Notes under the pieces: model-generated
Database searches by the model: none
What the model was told of the DNA's origin: nothing
What the model saw: the letters and a program-made list of their open reading frames with translations, nothing else
Translations under genes and position numbers: made by a program
DNA from: Malacoraja senta
Taxonomy: Eukaryota
Assembly: GCA_038087875.1 (NCBI GenBank)
Contig: JAXLNO010005625.1
Location: 744,001 to 806,988, forward strand
Direction of reading: 5' to 3'
Length of the DNA stretch: 62,988 nucleotides
In this document: positions 62,467-62,988 of the stretch, in pieces
Numbering within the stretch: the first letter of the stretch is position 1
Layout: every line of letters starts with the position of its first letter

Positions 62467-62753
62467 TGTGGCGGAAGCCTATACATGGGCCACTTATGCT
62501 CGAACCCTCGTTAGGAAGTACGAGGGCGGGCACGTGACGTCATGGGCTAGAGGGAGTGTCCTGGTACTTAAGGTCATCTCACCTCGAGACCTTGAGGAGT
62601 TCAACCCGTAGCTGAGCCGAGGGAACAACCTCGCTCAGCTACAGCAACACTGTTATGATAGTCGGCACCAACCTAACGTGTCAGCACTGAATAAACGACT
62701 CTTTGAACCGGCCTGACGTCTCACCTTTATTCACCACGTTTGGTGCCGCTACA
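62467..62753. mobile_element. Solo LTR (287 bp) with 4-bp TSD ATAT
   Basis: TGTGGCGG...CCGCTACA termini; ATAT at 62463-62466 and 62754-62757; internal AATAAA; CpG-rich. Confidence 0.88.
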
Positions 62754-62988
62754 ATATCTCAGTTCACGTTACAATAATAAACTAATACCAACGGCAAATC
62801 TTTTCACTAGGGCACATTATTGACAATAATAAATAATTGACAAGTTACAAAATGAGGGCCAATTGGGGAGGGGCAAGCTTAAAATTGGCAGTATTTCACT
62901 CCTCTTCAATAAGAGATAAAAGAGACAGTCATTCGTATACAAAATCTCTTTTTGCAGAGTGTGGTCATTCTCTGGCGCTCTTGACACC

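Overview
Repeat-dense vertebrate genomic DNA. The repeat families present (V-domain tRNA-SINEs, CR1, L2, Rex/Babar, Penelope-like) suggest a cartilaginous fish such as a skate or ray; this is an inference. There are three N gaps and no intact full-length gene. Main contents: (1) a structurally complete 5.1-kb DIRS1-type tyrosine-recombinase retrotransposon (10330-15457) with gag, RT/RNaseH/methyltransferase-like and YR regions, terminal repeats and an internal complementary region. It is inserted at a TTT inside an L1 ORF2 and carries inactivating lesions. (2) The 3' part of an MHC class I-like gene on the minus strand: an alpha3 Ig-C1 exon (61709-61975) and a frameshifted TM exon (58909-59017). 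(3) A ~20-finger C2H2 zinc-finger pseudogene (35724-37626), with a candidate YY1-motif-rich leader exon ~8.5 kb upstream, a tandem triplication between them, and an orphan copy of the leader at ~18.5 kb. (4) A truncated CsRN1-like Gypsy element with a tRNA-Trp PBS, a solo LTR with a 4-bp TSD, Penelope-like elements whose termini carry a hammerhead-ribozyme-like core, and minisatellites, one derived from a CR1 3' UTR. Boundaries of degraded repeats are approximate, and all family calls rest on motif recognition rather than database searches.
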